From the NCBI RefSeq assembly GCF_000315625.1, contig NW_005434665.1, forward strand, positions 741,220 through 805,219: a DNA stretch of 64,000 nt, written 5' to 3'. The notes beneath the pieces were generated by a model. That model was not told the DNA's origin. It did not search any database and saw only the letters and a program-made list of their open reading frames with translations. Numbering within the stretch: the first letter of the stretch is position 1; each line of letters starts with the position of its first letter. The position numbers and the translations under genes were made by a program. Below are positions 1 to 16,321 of the stretch, piece by piece. Origin of the DNA: Guillardia theta CCMP2712. Lineage: Eukaryota > Protista > Cryptophyta.

Positions 1-575
1 CTACTGTGGCAGAAAAGAGTGCTGACGAGGCTCAAGATGCTCTGAAGCAGCTTGAGTCACAGGTCGCTTTCTACAAGAAGGTCCTTCCGGACAATGCGAG
101 CATTGCGACTTTCGAGACCCAGGTCAAGGATGCCAAGACCAAAGCGGAACAGGCAGTTCGTGCCGCCAGTGCTTCGGCCGAGAATGCTTTCAAGCTTGAG
201 GAGATCTCTAACCTTCAGTCGAAGATGCTTTCCAGTCATGCAGCTCTCTGCGCTAGAAAGCGCGCGCAGTGGATCGTGAACTGCTACAAAGCCGCTATTC
301 GCGGGGATGCGCAGTATTTGGAAGAGGCCAACAAGGTTCACACCAGCGTTATCGACCAGTATGAGGCCTGCATCCAGAAGGCCCCGACGGAGGTTCCTGC
401 TCAGCTCCAGTTTCCTGTCAACGTTGGAACCGTTCAGTATCCTGTCTTCAACCAGATTGTCACTCCTCAGTACATCCAGGGTTACGAACTGCCCACCAAC
501 TTTGTGGCTGGGCAGCCTTACTTCGAGAATATCGTGACCAGCACGGCTTCCACCGAGCCCAAGTACGTTTGTTAA
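1..575 (+). CDS. 3' part of an uncharacterised protein (helical region plus P/V/Q/Y-rich tail); 5' end lies outside the window
   Basis: Open frame from the window edge to TAA at 573-575, with strong C/G-ending codon bias. No recognised domain. Confidence 0.7.
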   Translation, partial: TVAEKSADEAQDALKQLESQVAFYKKVLPDNASIATFETQVKDAKTKAEQAVRAASASAENAFKLEEISNLQSKMLSSHAALCARKRAQWIVNCYKAAIRGDAQYLEEANKVHTSVIDQYEACIQKAPTEVPAQLQFPVNVGTVQYPVFNQIVTPQYIQGYELPTNFVAGQPYFENIVTSTASTEPKYVC

Positions 576-650
576 ATTAATGAGCAGCACGTCTTAAACG
601 CGTTTGATAAAGACTGGGAGTGTGTAAGGGTTGTTGGCGCTGCGTCACCT

Positions 651-1653
651 TCAGTCTACTGCTGAGTCCACTTTCTTTCCGATGATGCGAGGCCGACCTT
701 GCACGCTCGATTCGGCCTGTTGGAAGGGGTGCTCTCGAATCCACTTTACAGCGACCCACTTCTCCCCGCTCAGGGGCGGCAGACCTGAGTGCTTTGAGTT
801 CGAATCCGGCGTCAAGTCCTTCTTGATGTTCCACAACCTGTCATGCAAGTTCAGTCGCCAGCACGCAGATCGGGCTATCCGTGTACAAGATGGCGTCCCC
901 GGAAGCAACCGTGATCTTGGTGTTCACCGAGTTGAAGAAGGTTTCACCTCCCGAGTCTGCGCTCTTCAAGTAGATGATCACTGTCGCTATCCTGTTTCCC
1001 CCTGCAAGCAACCACAGGTTCAGAGGACTTCAACAGTCACAACACTCGCTCTTGCCTTTCCCCAACAAATCGCTCTTTGCCGGATCGATGTAATCCACGT
1101 GCTCTGAGCATTCTAATCACATTCATACTCGAGCGCTCAATTGCAAACAACCTGGATAGAAGTCGCTCTGGGCGTATCGGATGATTTGGAACGCCTCCCC
1201 GTGGGACGAGCTGGTTCGGGTAAGATTTGCGAGCTTGTCTTCAAGGCGACGGACAAAATCATTCTCATTGAAGTCTAGCGTTGCAACCTCGTGCTTCCGA
1301 GGATCATCGCCAAGGACAGGAGACTGAGCATTTCTCTTCATACCCCTCGCTATCCCAAGGTCCCTGAGGTTTTCACACTCCTCCTTACTTAACAAGTTGT
1401 GCAGGACAAATATCCGAGGGCTCTCCATGATTTTCTCTATCCAGAACTCGCGCACTACCTTTCTTGAGGAAACCTTCGACTTCTGTATGGGCTGCGAGCT
1501 GTACTCAGAGTCATCAGGCTCCTGGTCTTCATAGTACGTCATTAAGCTCGACGTCGTGAAGGCAGCGAGACCACACGTGAACAGCATGCACAGAGCACGG
1601 AACTGTGCCTTGGACATGGATCGTCTCCATCCTTCTTTCTTCTTTCCTGTCAT
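651..1653 (-). CDS. Prolyl 4-hydroxylase alpha-type 2OG-Fe(II) dioxygenase, type II membrane anchored, 4 exons
   Basis: SPRIFVLHNLLSKEEC and EAFQIIRY. HVD (HxD) is restored after intron 1104-1151. Later exons give GNRIATVIIYL...GGETFF and HSGLPPLSGEKWVAVKWIRE. Confidence 0.9.
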
Positions 1654-2148
1654 CGGGAGCTCAAGGAGTCGATCACGGACGAGGCATCGTTCGCTCCTGC
1701 GCCCCTTCCCCGCCCATCAACCTGAACAGACTACTGCTGAACAGAACTGGCAAAGAGAACGAGGGCTGTGTGGGGATGAGGGAGTCCGCTCATCTGGCTG
1801 ACCAGCTATCATTTCACTCAATAATTTGACCATCGGTGGTCAAATGTTCCCCGTCTAAAGACACTAGCAAGCATGGCAAGGGCGCTCCTGGTGGTAAGCA
1901 GAAGAGGATGGGGAGCGGGATTGAGCCAGGGCGATGGAGGGCGAGAAGGAGGCGTGTAGAGAACAGGAGTGAGAAGAGAGAGAGAGGAGGAAGAGGAGAA
2001 CATTGCAGTGCAAACTAAGATGAAAGCAGAGGCCAGAGGGTTGAAACCAATTTGATTTGAGTGTGAGCGGAAGAGTCGAAGAGGAAAATGATGGCGTTTC
2101 TCTTTGGAGATTGAAGCTGCTCTTAAAGTTTAGAGAGACGTCTTCGTT

Positions 2149-5936
<3,788 letters not shown>

Positions 5937-6170
5937 GAGTAGGGGGAGGAATATGAATTGACTGATGTGGAGTATTCAATATCGCATGGCGCCGCCGCCG
6001 GCGCAGTCCTCACATTTCATCGTGATGCTGTCGATGCGAGTCCTGGGGTTGCATGCGGCGGTTTGAAGGCGATGGAGGAGACGTCTGGCAGCAGCGGAAG
6101 ATGACAAGCAAGACGTCAACCAAGCAAGATGTCAACTACGAACAGGCAACACACATAATTCATGAGCATT

Positions 6171-8922
6171 TCACGCTCTTTGAGCTTTGAGCATGAGCGG
6201 TTTCTTTGATCTGCTGCCCCTCCCCCTCTCCCTGCCCCGCCCTCCTTCAATTCTACTCGAACCAGAACTTCTTTCCTGCGCTGTGCTGCTCCAAGAATAG
6301 TCTCCTTCCCAGCTCCTGCTGGACTCGCTCCCGCTCCTGCGCGCGGACAAGCTCCAACCTCGCTTCCTCGATCCTTGCCATGAGGTTTCTGTGCACCTGC
6401 TGGTGGTCACAAACGATGGCAGAGAGTAGGTCCTCACGCACCTCCTCCAGGGCCTCCAGCTGCGACGCGCTCAACTCGGAGAGCTCCATGCCGAGGACTG
6501 CAAGGGATGGGGCTTCAGCGTGCTGAGCAGAGAAGGTGCTCTGAGGTAGATGACTGGATGCCCGCGGGAGAGGAAGGAAGGAGGGATGGGGAAGGAAGTA
6601 GGGAGGAGACAGGATGGGTGAGTGAGTGAGTGAGTGAGTGAGGAGGGCGGGAGGGAAGAGGTTAGATATTGACTCAAAGGGCGAGCTCAGCAGCAGAGGG
6701 AGCGGAAAATGAGGGGGAGGAAGGCAAGGAGGGGGAGGAGGAGGAGGGGAGAGGAATGGGAAGTACGAGAGGATGCACGAGTACCATGATGGGGACGGAG
6801 GGCGAGATCGTTGGCGAGGGGGTATACGGACAGCAGCGCTCGCTCAAGAGCCTCCTGCGCTTCTTGTCCTGCTGCCTTCTTGGAGTTGCCGGCAGGATGA
6901 GGCTTTCGCGAGGCCCCGGGTCCCCTTTCGGCTCCCACCTTGTCCTCCCCTCTGTGCTTCACGTTCGCCCTACCTGGCTGTTCACGTTTCCCTTCATCCC
7001 TTTGATTGTTTCTCCGCCGCTCGTCGCGCTTCTCCCCCTGCTTGCCTGCTTGTCTCGATCGCTCCTCCTTCGCCTTCTCCTCCTTCCCGCGCTGGCTCCC
7101 TCGCCTCTGGACACCCTGCTGCATGTTCTCACTGTCCCGTTCTGCGGGGTGATCCTCCCTCCTTTCCTCGGGATCCGCCCGCACCACCCCAATCTCCGTG
7201 TTGTTGTCAGTGGCTTGTTCAGAAACACTGTCCATATTCCCCCGCCAATCGTCATCATCATCATCTGCAGAGGCTTCGGCAACGGCATGGCTCGACCTTG
7301 GAATGGTATCATCTCCAGTCACTTCCTTGACTTTATCACTTGGCTCGTCACCAGTCCCTATCAGACATTCGATCACAAACCCCCAGCAGCACAGGGAGCA
7401 TACCGGTGTTCTTCTTGCACGTGTTCTTTGCCCTCTTCTTCTTCTTCTTCGTCTTACCCTCACTCGCTTTCTGCTCCTCATCTTCCAGGAGCGCGTTTGC
7501 GATCCTCACAGCTTCATCATTCAAAACTCGGAGATGATGCTCGAAAAGTTGGATGAGAGCTGGAAATCACTTCATCTCCTTCCCTGCAACACTTCTGGCG
7601 ATGGTCATCACCTTCATCATTAGAAGCTCTTGCGATGTCCATCGGGCTCTGACCCCGCTTGTTCAACGCTATCAGACTCGCTCTCGCTTCTATCAACAGC
7701 TGCTCCCAGTTGAACATCATGTTCGAGCCATCCATCCCCTCCCTCCAAGAGTACCTCACATCCCCTGCCATTCCTTTGCAAAGCTGCGACGTGCAGCGCT
7801 GTGTTCCCATTGTTGTTTGCGTGCGATATCGTGCCTCGGCATGAGCCTTGATCGAGGATCGTCTGAAGGAGCTTGATGTTGCTCTGCCCCGATGCAGCAA
7901 TCAGGGGCGTTGTCCCCTGCCTGAAAGTCCACAGAACTTTTGTCAGCGATCAACAACAATTCAGCGCAAGGATTGCATCTACTTGTTCACGTCCACCTTC
8001 TTCCTGTCGGGGCACAGGACGTACTTTGACTCGGGAGTCAGCAGCCAGTCAACCACGTGCGATTGACTGGAGGCCGTTGCCTGCCAGGAGCAATCGCTGT
8101 GAGTGAACGAAGAGGAAGAGGAAGAGGAAGAGGAAGAGGAGAGGAAGAGGAAGAGGTAGAGGAAGAGGAAGAGGAAGAGGAGCACGCTAGATGGAAAGCA
8201 AGAAAAAGGAGAGCAATCGATGTGAGGGAAGGGAAGAGGAAGGATGCCTGCAGGAACAGAGAGTCTCCATTTGAGTTCCGCGCGTTGACATCGGCCCGAT
8301 GCTCCACAAGAGTCTTGACGATGTGGAGACTCCCCCGCATGCACGCGAAGTGAATGGGCATGTTGCCGGTGTCTGTGCTTCTACAAACTTATCTGGTCAG
8401 GGATCGAAGAGGTGAGAACTTCTTGACTCACTCCAAGTTCACATCTGCCTTCTCCTCAAGGAGCAGGCTAGTTACGTCCATCCGTCCGTTTGCTGCAGCC
8501 ATGCACAGTGCCGTTATCCCGGACGATCTCTCCCTCCCATTCACGCCGACATGAGGATGTGCTCGTAGCCAAGCAGATATCTCGGCCAGCCGGGGCTCGT
8601 CCCCACGACGATTATGATCCCCCGAGCCCTTTGCTCTCGCCCGATCCTGTTGTTCGACGTGTCTATCTCCCTGAGCATGGCATGATATCTCATCGCCTCC
8701 CGCAGATCTATCAGCCATGTTCGCAGTATCACTCACGTCCCCCTCCTCGTCCTCTCCTCCCGCCTCTCCCTTCTCGCCCCCCGCCATGATGTCGAGCAGA
8801 AGTTCCATCAGCTCCTCCGCCATCTCCAAGTTTCCTCCTCCGCAAGCCCGCCTCCTTGTCCTCATACCGAATGCATTCTCATCACCCTCATACGCAATGA
8901 CTGCCCTCATCCCCGCTATCAT
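6171..8922 (-). CDS. Ankyrin-repeat protein with low-complexity and coiled-coil C-terminus, multi-exon
   Basis: GITALCMAAANGRMDVTSLLLEEKADVN, MPIHFACMRGSLHIVKTLVEHRADVNARN and LLIEARASLIALNKRGQSPMDIA. Exon boundaries are not fully resolved. Confidence 0.75.
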
Positions 8923-9681
8923 CGGAGTTCGCGAACTTTTATATGTATATATAGTTTAAAATATTAAAAGTCATACTGCTGACTGATTGGTACTAGGATA
9001 CGTAGATTGTAAATAGTATTTGTAGATGACCCCTGACATGTATCTGTAAAGTGAGAATTTAAGGTGGTGGGGGTGATGTCAACTTGCTTATCTTAAATTT
9101 GATTGATGTGTACTGATAGGAGTAGTAAACTACTTTTAACTGTAAATCAGATATTTGTTGGATCTGGTGATTCATATCTCTCGTAGAGGGTACAAGGAGG
9201 GGTACTACCATATCGATACGGGGGTGGTCAGTTCGAGCCGTCTATGAAATGGGGGTAGGGGTGGTAAGTTGATTTGGATATCGAGGTAGGGGTAATGATT
9301 ACAGGAGGGGTCTGGTGAAAAAACGGGGGGTGATATAATATGAAAACAGGGGTATACCTTTGCTCAGGCGTTACCGAAGGGGTGGTCAATCATACGGTGG
9401 GTCGTAGGTGGCTTGACGAAGATCAGTTGGTCACTTTTCATGGGCAGTCCAACGCGATATGACCGAGGGTTGTGACGAGAGGAAAGGAAGAGAGAGGAGA
9501 GGAGAGAAGAAAGGCAAAAGAGGATACGATTGTAGAGAGCATTCGTAAGTGAAGAGCTTGTCACTGCTTAGGCTCATTCGAAGGTTGACCGTCGCCGTAC
9601 GGTTGTACCCAGACACCATAAGCAATTCGGCAGCAGATTCACACGAAGATATCTTTGATCGTTTGAACTTGGCGATTAAGA

Positions 9682-12600
9682 ATGCAGATTTTCATTCGGA
9701 GTTATCTCGGAACCATTCCTGTACAGGTTTGTTCAACGGACACCATCAATGAAGTTCGAAGCTCTTTCTTCAACAAAGTTGCTCTACGATGCGATGAGCT
9801 GACCTTAACATGGTATGGAAAAAATCTATCAGGCAGAGCAACCTTGCTCAGCTACGGGATAACATCTGGTGTCACTCTGAACTCAAGAGTCAAACTGTTA
9901 GGAGGAGGATGTGGCGCGAGTACCCCAAAGGACACTCAGGCGCCGTCCCCTAAGAAGCATGTCAATGGGACAAGTCCTGGTAATGCTGTGAAAGCAGGCG
10001 CAGACAATGCAGTCACACCGAACCATGGCAACGGTACGACATCAAGCAACGGCAACGGCACGCCCGCTGTCAAGGGTGGCAACAATGCGACGGCAAAGAG
10101 GCCCTCCCAGGTGGTTGGCTCCAACAGGTTATTTGACAAGACAGGTTTGATTGCCCCTCGAAGAAGTCGAACTCCCTGGAAAGAAGATCTTTCAAAGACC
10201 CTGGATGTCCCCTCCATCCCCTCAGAGCCCCAGGAGATTGATGTCAGCGTGTTGAAGGGGAATCTCTGCGATGGCAAAGCCGTGCAGCATGTTCTGCAGG
10301 ATGAGCGCAAGCTCTTGAAGGTAGCCATATCATCAGCTGGTTCAGACACAGAATGGGAGCGTGCGATCATTGTCGACGACGTCCTGCCCTTCATTATCGA
10401 ATATGCTCGACGAGCTGGAGTCGAAGTCCTTGTTGATGACCTTACTCTGGGAGTACCTGAAGACTTACTGTTTAGTGAAGGCGTGCGAGAAGTCGTGCGA
10501 GCGAGTGTAGACCAGTCTGTCGCCCAAAGCAAGGGCCTGGCATATGTCTTGCTCATCGGGCAGAAATATGGCCATCGACTTTGTCCGCAAAGGATCCCCA
10601 AAGCGATCTTCGAAGATCTGCTGAAGCACGTGGACCCAGCCTCGACGAAGCTGGTCACTGAATCATTTCTGTTGGACACTAACGATGTGCGGGCTGAGAA
10701 GGAGTTCGAGCCCAAACAAGATGAAGTTCAACCTCATTACGTTCTGAAGCTTCGGCCGACACAGAACTCAATCGGCGACATCGGTGAAATCTCTGCGATC
10801 CTTCGAACTGCTGCGTCGAAGCTGTGGAAAAATCAGACATCAAATCTACGAGACGCTAAAAGCCGCCACTGGATCAAGCGATTTTATATCAGTTTCTTTG
10901 AAGAATCGATTTACCATGGGTTGGCATGGATCGATGCCGGTGAGCAGAAGAACAAAGGGATCGTCTATCGCAGATCGTTCAAGTCAATCCCAAGTAATTC
11001 CAAGGAAAGTGCGCAGTATTTAGATATGGGAGCAAAAGGTCAAGACCAGGAGGCAAGCAAAATGTTGAAAGAAATGATTGAGATGGTGCCAGGCAACGTA
11101 CAGAATGTTGCATACAATGATATACCGTGGGACAACAAGGAAGGCATGAACCCGGAGAAATCGAAAGCTCAGGCTGATTACCTGAAAAAGGTGTCAGACG
11201 AAATTTGTACAGCATTGATGACCAGTATTGATTCAGTGGCTAAGCTTCCATCGCTGGGAATCAACTCGCTCTTTGCTGAAGTGAAGCAACACTTGCAATA
11301 TTCACACTTCGTTTCCGAAAAGTACGTTGACAACAAGTCTCAAGGACAATTATTGGCCATACTTCACAAGTATTTGAAGGACCCAATTCCCGGGTGTGAC
11401 AAAGCATTTGTAGCCTTTGGCTCAGGGGGTTGCGGGAAAACTTGGTTGTTGTCTCGCTATGTGCAGCAGATCATGACTGAGTCTTTTGACAAGAAGCCCG
11501 CAGTAGTTTGTCGCTTTGTAGGACTTACACCGGCTTCTTCCTCAGTCGCACCGCTTCTTGCTGGTATTTGCCGTCAGATTGCTGTCATCTATGGCAAAGA
11601 GGACGAGCCAGTGCCAGCAAACCACCTGCAAGTTGTAGAGTACTTCCACCGCGCCCTTGCTTCCTGGCCGTCCCCGGAGAAGCCGCTGCTGTTAGTCATC
11701 GACGGTTTGGATCAATTGGAGGACAACGATGCCGCCAGACAGCTCGACTGGCTGTCGCTGAGTGGACTCAAGGTCGGCCTGAGGATCATCGTGACAACGG
11801 CCCCGGACTCCCCCGGGATCAACTGCCTGACGACCATCAAGCGAAAGCTCAAGATCTGGGGCGGGTCTGTTTGTCACACCATCGCTGAAGTCCCAGTCTA
11901 CACTGAGGAGGATGTGCAGACTGTGCTGGAGGGCAAGCTGAAGGCTGCCGGTCGAACTCTCACAGCTGAACAGCTGGAAGCGGTGAAGAGCTCGTTTCGC
12001 GAGAAGGACTCTGCAGAGAGGTCGTCCACCCCCATCTGGATTGCCCTTGTGTTCCAGATTGTGCGGAAGTGGCACTCGTATGATGGAGTGGTGCAGAAGA
12101 TTGATTCCTCCATGATGGAACTGAGCAACTCTTACTTCTCGCTGTTGCAAGACAGGCACGGTACCTACCTCACGAAATCTGCTCTCTCCTACATCAGCCT
12201 CACCAGGCACTATGGGATATCAGAAAACGAGCTCCGGCAGGTGTTGTCATGCAACGACGACGTGATGTCAGAGATCGGATCGTTCCGTGTGATCAACTCA
12301 TCCCCTCACCTGTACCTGAAGCAGATCTTGTATGAGTTGGAGCCTCTCCTCTACCAAGTGAAGGACTCCAGACAGAGCTCTTCGCCCTACTTGTGGATGA
12401 ACAGGTTCTACGGTCAGGCTGTGGAAAGTTGGTTGACCGCGACTGAGGAGAGGCAGAACATGAGGAAACTTCTTCTCAAGGATCTGGCTGACCATTTCCA
12501 TGGCACTCACGCGTTCCAAGTCAAACCCTACGAGAATAATCTGCAAAGGGTCCTCCAAGACATCTTCCCAGGTGAGAATCTTTTCTATTCCTCTGATCCT

Positions 12601-15012
12601 GCCTGCTGACTCAATGCTCCAGGCGAGAATGGCAACGACAGGAGGACGCTCGACCAACCCGTGGCTTTCAACGGCAGCGTCACGGACGTCAGCGGGCAGC
12701 CGTTGGTCCTCAACCATCGCAAGTTGCAGATGTTGGTCCCGCTGCTGATCTGGTCGGCGGATGAATCGCGGACCCTCAAGGAGATTTTCTCAGTTGAATA
12801 CATCGCAGCAAAGTTCCATCTGAATGCTGGTCAGGAACTTCTGAATGAGATGAACCTGGCCATCTCAACGTTCCCTGCCTCTGCAGAGAAGCTGCTGTCG
12901 TTCAAGAGCCTTGTGCAAGTGAACAAGGAGCATTTCGCTCAGCCTATGTGCTCCGTCATCCCCTTCCAAGTGATGTCCCAGGAGCCGGACTCTTCCGAGG
13001 TCTTTCGAACCTTCCAGGAGTTCTTCAATGTCAACAAGCAGCTCAACATCTGTCACTGGCTAAACAAGGTGCAAGCAGAAGGACCTCTCGCTGTGTTCAG
13101 CCATCATACCTCTCCCGTCAGCACTGTGGTCGTCTCGCCATGTGGAAGGTTCATCGCCTCCGCAGCCAGGGAAAAGTTCTTCACCGTCTCTTCGCTGCAC
13201 ACTGGCGAAGTCTCGTTCCGATCCATGGAGCACCAGGGCGAGATCACGAGCTTGGCCTGGTCTCCAGATGGCCTGGTGATCGTGGCAGCTTCGCGGGATG
13301 GGACTATCCGCCTCTGGGATGCCAACGGCGGGTTTCAGGTGGGGTCGGTGCTGAGCGGTCACTACGGGGAGGTGTGGAGTGTGGCGTTCAACCCTAAAGA
13401 CTCCAACGTGCTTGTCAGCTGCGGAAAGGACATGTCTGTCCGCATCTGGGACATCAGCCGGGCCTGCTGCCTGGGGAACCTGCGCAACAGGCACACGCGC
13501 AAGGTGAACAGCGTGACCTTCAGCGTGGACGGGAAGGTTGTGGCCACGGGATCCGACGACTCAAGCATCTGCTTGTGGAGCGCAGACACTGGGCTCTTGA
13601 TGGGAGAGCCGCTGACTGGGCACGAGGAGGAGGTGACCTCTGTCGCCTTCCACCCTTCGCATTACCACGTGCTGGCGTCTGGCTGCGCCGACGGCACGAT
13701 CAGGTTCTGGGATACGCGGGATAGCTTCCTGATCGGAGAACCTCTCGCTGCTCACGATGGGAAGATCTCTGGACTGGCCTTCAGCCCAAAGGTGCCTGAC
13801 ATGCTTGCGTCGTGCAGCAACGACAAAACGATCAAGTTTTGGAGCCTCGAGAAGAGGACTCTTCTGTTTCCTCCCCTCCAGGCGCATGTCAGCTGGGTCA
13901 ACAGCATCTTCTGGACGCCCAAGGGGGAGCGGCTGGTGAGCGGGAGCCGAGACAAATCAATCAAAGTCTGGTCAATGCAGATGATGTCGGATGCTCAGAT
14001 GCAGGGCCACAAGCAGGGCATCAACAGCGTAAGGTTCAACTCCGGGAGCCCCCACGTGGTCGCCACCTCGAGCTACGACAGGACAATCCAGCTTTGGGAC
14101 GCGGCGACGGGAAAGAAGAAGGGGGAACCTCTCCGGGGTCAGTCAGGGTGGCCCGGGTCGCTCGTGTGGTCGCCTACAGCCTCACTGCTGGCGTCCGGCT
14201 CCGACAACAACGACATCAAGATCTGGACGGTGGAAGGAGAAGTGAAGGCGAACCTGAAGGGCCACCGCATGGCCGTCACCTCCGTCGCCTTCAACCCCCT
14301 CGACGAGAACATCCTCGCGAGCTCCAGTGTGGACAAGACCCTCCGCCTGTGGGACATCGCCTCTGCCTCGCAGGTCGGGGAAGCCATGGAGGGGCATGAG
14401 GGCTGGGTGCTTGCGCTTGCCTTCCGCCCCAGTGATGCTGCGACCCTTGTGAGCGGAGGATCAGACAAGGCGTTGAGGGTGTGGAATGTAGCGGATCGCA
14501 AGGAGGTAGGGAAGCTTGAGGGACACAAAGATCGAGTCATCAGCATCGTCTTCAGCCCGACAGACCCGAACATAGCAGCCAGTTCTAGTGCAGACAGGAC
14601 GATAAGGCTGTGGAACACGAGCACGATGGAGGCGGTGGGGAAGCCGCTGGAAGGGCACAAGGCGTTCATCAATGACGTACAGTTCGCACTGGATGGGGAG
14701 ACGATCGTGGCAAGCAGCCGAGACCATGCCATCTTGCGATGGAGTTGTAAGACAGGGGAACTGGTGAACTGCCTGCTCAGAGGCTCGATCGTTCAGGTTG
14801 TGAAGACGGTGACATCGACGTCCAAGATAATAACTTGTAGATCGAATGTGATGTATGTATATGACATGTTGGACGCGGAGGCCGGGCGATGCAGGGCGTG
14901 CTTCAAGGCTTCGTCGAACATCGTGGCCATCGACGTCTCTCCTCCTTTCATCTGCCTCGGAGGCGCTCAGGGAGAGGTCTACCAATTGAGGTGTGACTAC
15001 CTTGTAAGGTGA
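9682..15012 (+). CDS. UBL-[GCGAS]-DUF4062-like-NACHT-WD40 protein (NWD1/TEP1-type STAND NTPase), 1,759 aa, one intron 12572-12622
   Basis: Ubiquitin-like N-terminus MQIFIRS...KLLGG. DUF4062-like KVAISSAGSDTEWER. Walker A GSGGCGKT and Walker B LLLVIDGLDQL. About 13 WD40 repeats. A 51-nt GT-AG intron with a CTGAC branch site joins the two ORFs in frame. Confidence 0.92.
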
Positions 15013-16321
15013 TGTAACGTTCTGCTTCGCTAGTTATAAACGTGTCAAATTGTCTCGTACGCCTTGTTGGAACCCTCCAACCTGCTGAGTTTCAGCTGAG
15101 CTCTAGCTATCCCCGAGGTTCCTGAAGCTGCTGGGGATAGATGACGTCATGAAAAGAGGGAGGATGTTGCGAATGGCGATGAATTCCAATCTCTGCCTCT
15201 GCCCATCTCGGATGGGAGAGGTCTCAGAGACAGAAGGTGTTGTGTGCTGATGAATTGTTGCGGCAGACGAAGCATTTTCAATGTACTAGCTAAACAAAAA
15301 ACTGAAATACTCGATTCTCGACGATATTGCAGTATGTCCACTACATCGATCACAATTTCCCATCGGACTTGCTTGTTGTATCTTGAATGATTTTATCACA
15401 GGGGACAGAATTGATTCACGTGGGCAGTTGATATCAACGAGACAGGCTTAGGTCTGAACATATCGATTGACATGATGCCTGCCTGATCTACCAGCTCTTC
15501 CTGTGCCCTTCCTCTTGGAAGCCCTCGTATGCATTGCTTCTTCTCTATCTCGCACATGGCTCGCACCTCTATCATCTCTACCTGTCGCCTCTTGTCGTCG
15601 TCTTGCTTACCTTGAAACTTTCCAGCTTAATCAACACCTCACCTTCCTTGCTTACTTTCTTTTCCACTCTCTCCCCATGCTTCTCTTTGTTGCCCATTGT
15701 CAATGAAAAATCGCCATTTTCCAGCCTAGTATCTGTTACCTCTTCCGCCTTCGCTTCTGACTCTCGAAAATTCTCCACCTTTTATGGATTGCTCGTCTCC
15801 CATCCTACAGTCACTCCTCGCTCCTCGTTCCTCCTCCTCCTCCTCCTCCTCCTCCTCCTCCTCCTCCTCCTCCTCCTCGTTTGATTGTTTCTCCCCATCA
15901 AAATCATCTGCTGTTCACTTTCTTTCTTGAGTTGACTAATTGATCCTACCAGCCACCCACCCTACCCACTCGATTACGCTAAATGTTGCCATCTCACGCC
16001 TTGAGATGAATTATTTTATTTTAGTTTAACTATTTTTAGGTACTAAAGTTTAGTTACTTTACACCTACCCCACCTACCATATCGAGCATGACTTGCCGAA
16101 AAAGGAAAGTAACGGGCGATGCAGAGGAGCAATGGTGAGCGGCAAGAGGGGAGGGGAAGAGGAGCGCGATGAGAGGAGAGAGGAAGGTTGAGAGAAGAGA
16201 CGGACAGGTCACTCTGATCGTGTTCTAGAAGGACAGGTCGAGGCAATCAAGACTTTCTCTCTTCTGTGACGCTGTAACGAGGGATACGCTGCACAAGACT
16301 AGCCCACGTGGAAGGGCAAAC

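Noticed and set aside
9180-9420. G-rich tracts as telomeric repeats, CRISPR or a transposon
   Set aside because: No fixed tandem unit, spacer structure, terminal repeats or transposase were seen; kept only as a promoter-island finding.
12572-12622. In-frame TGA after Cys (PAC*) in the NACHT gene as possible Sec or readthrough
   Set aside because: It lies within a canonical 51-nt GT-AG intron with a branch site.
15147-15884. Possible small minus-strand gene
   Set aside because: I could not build a consistent start or exon chain and found no motif.
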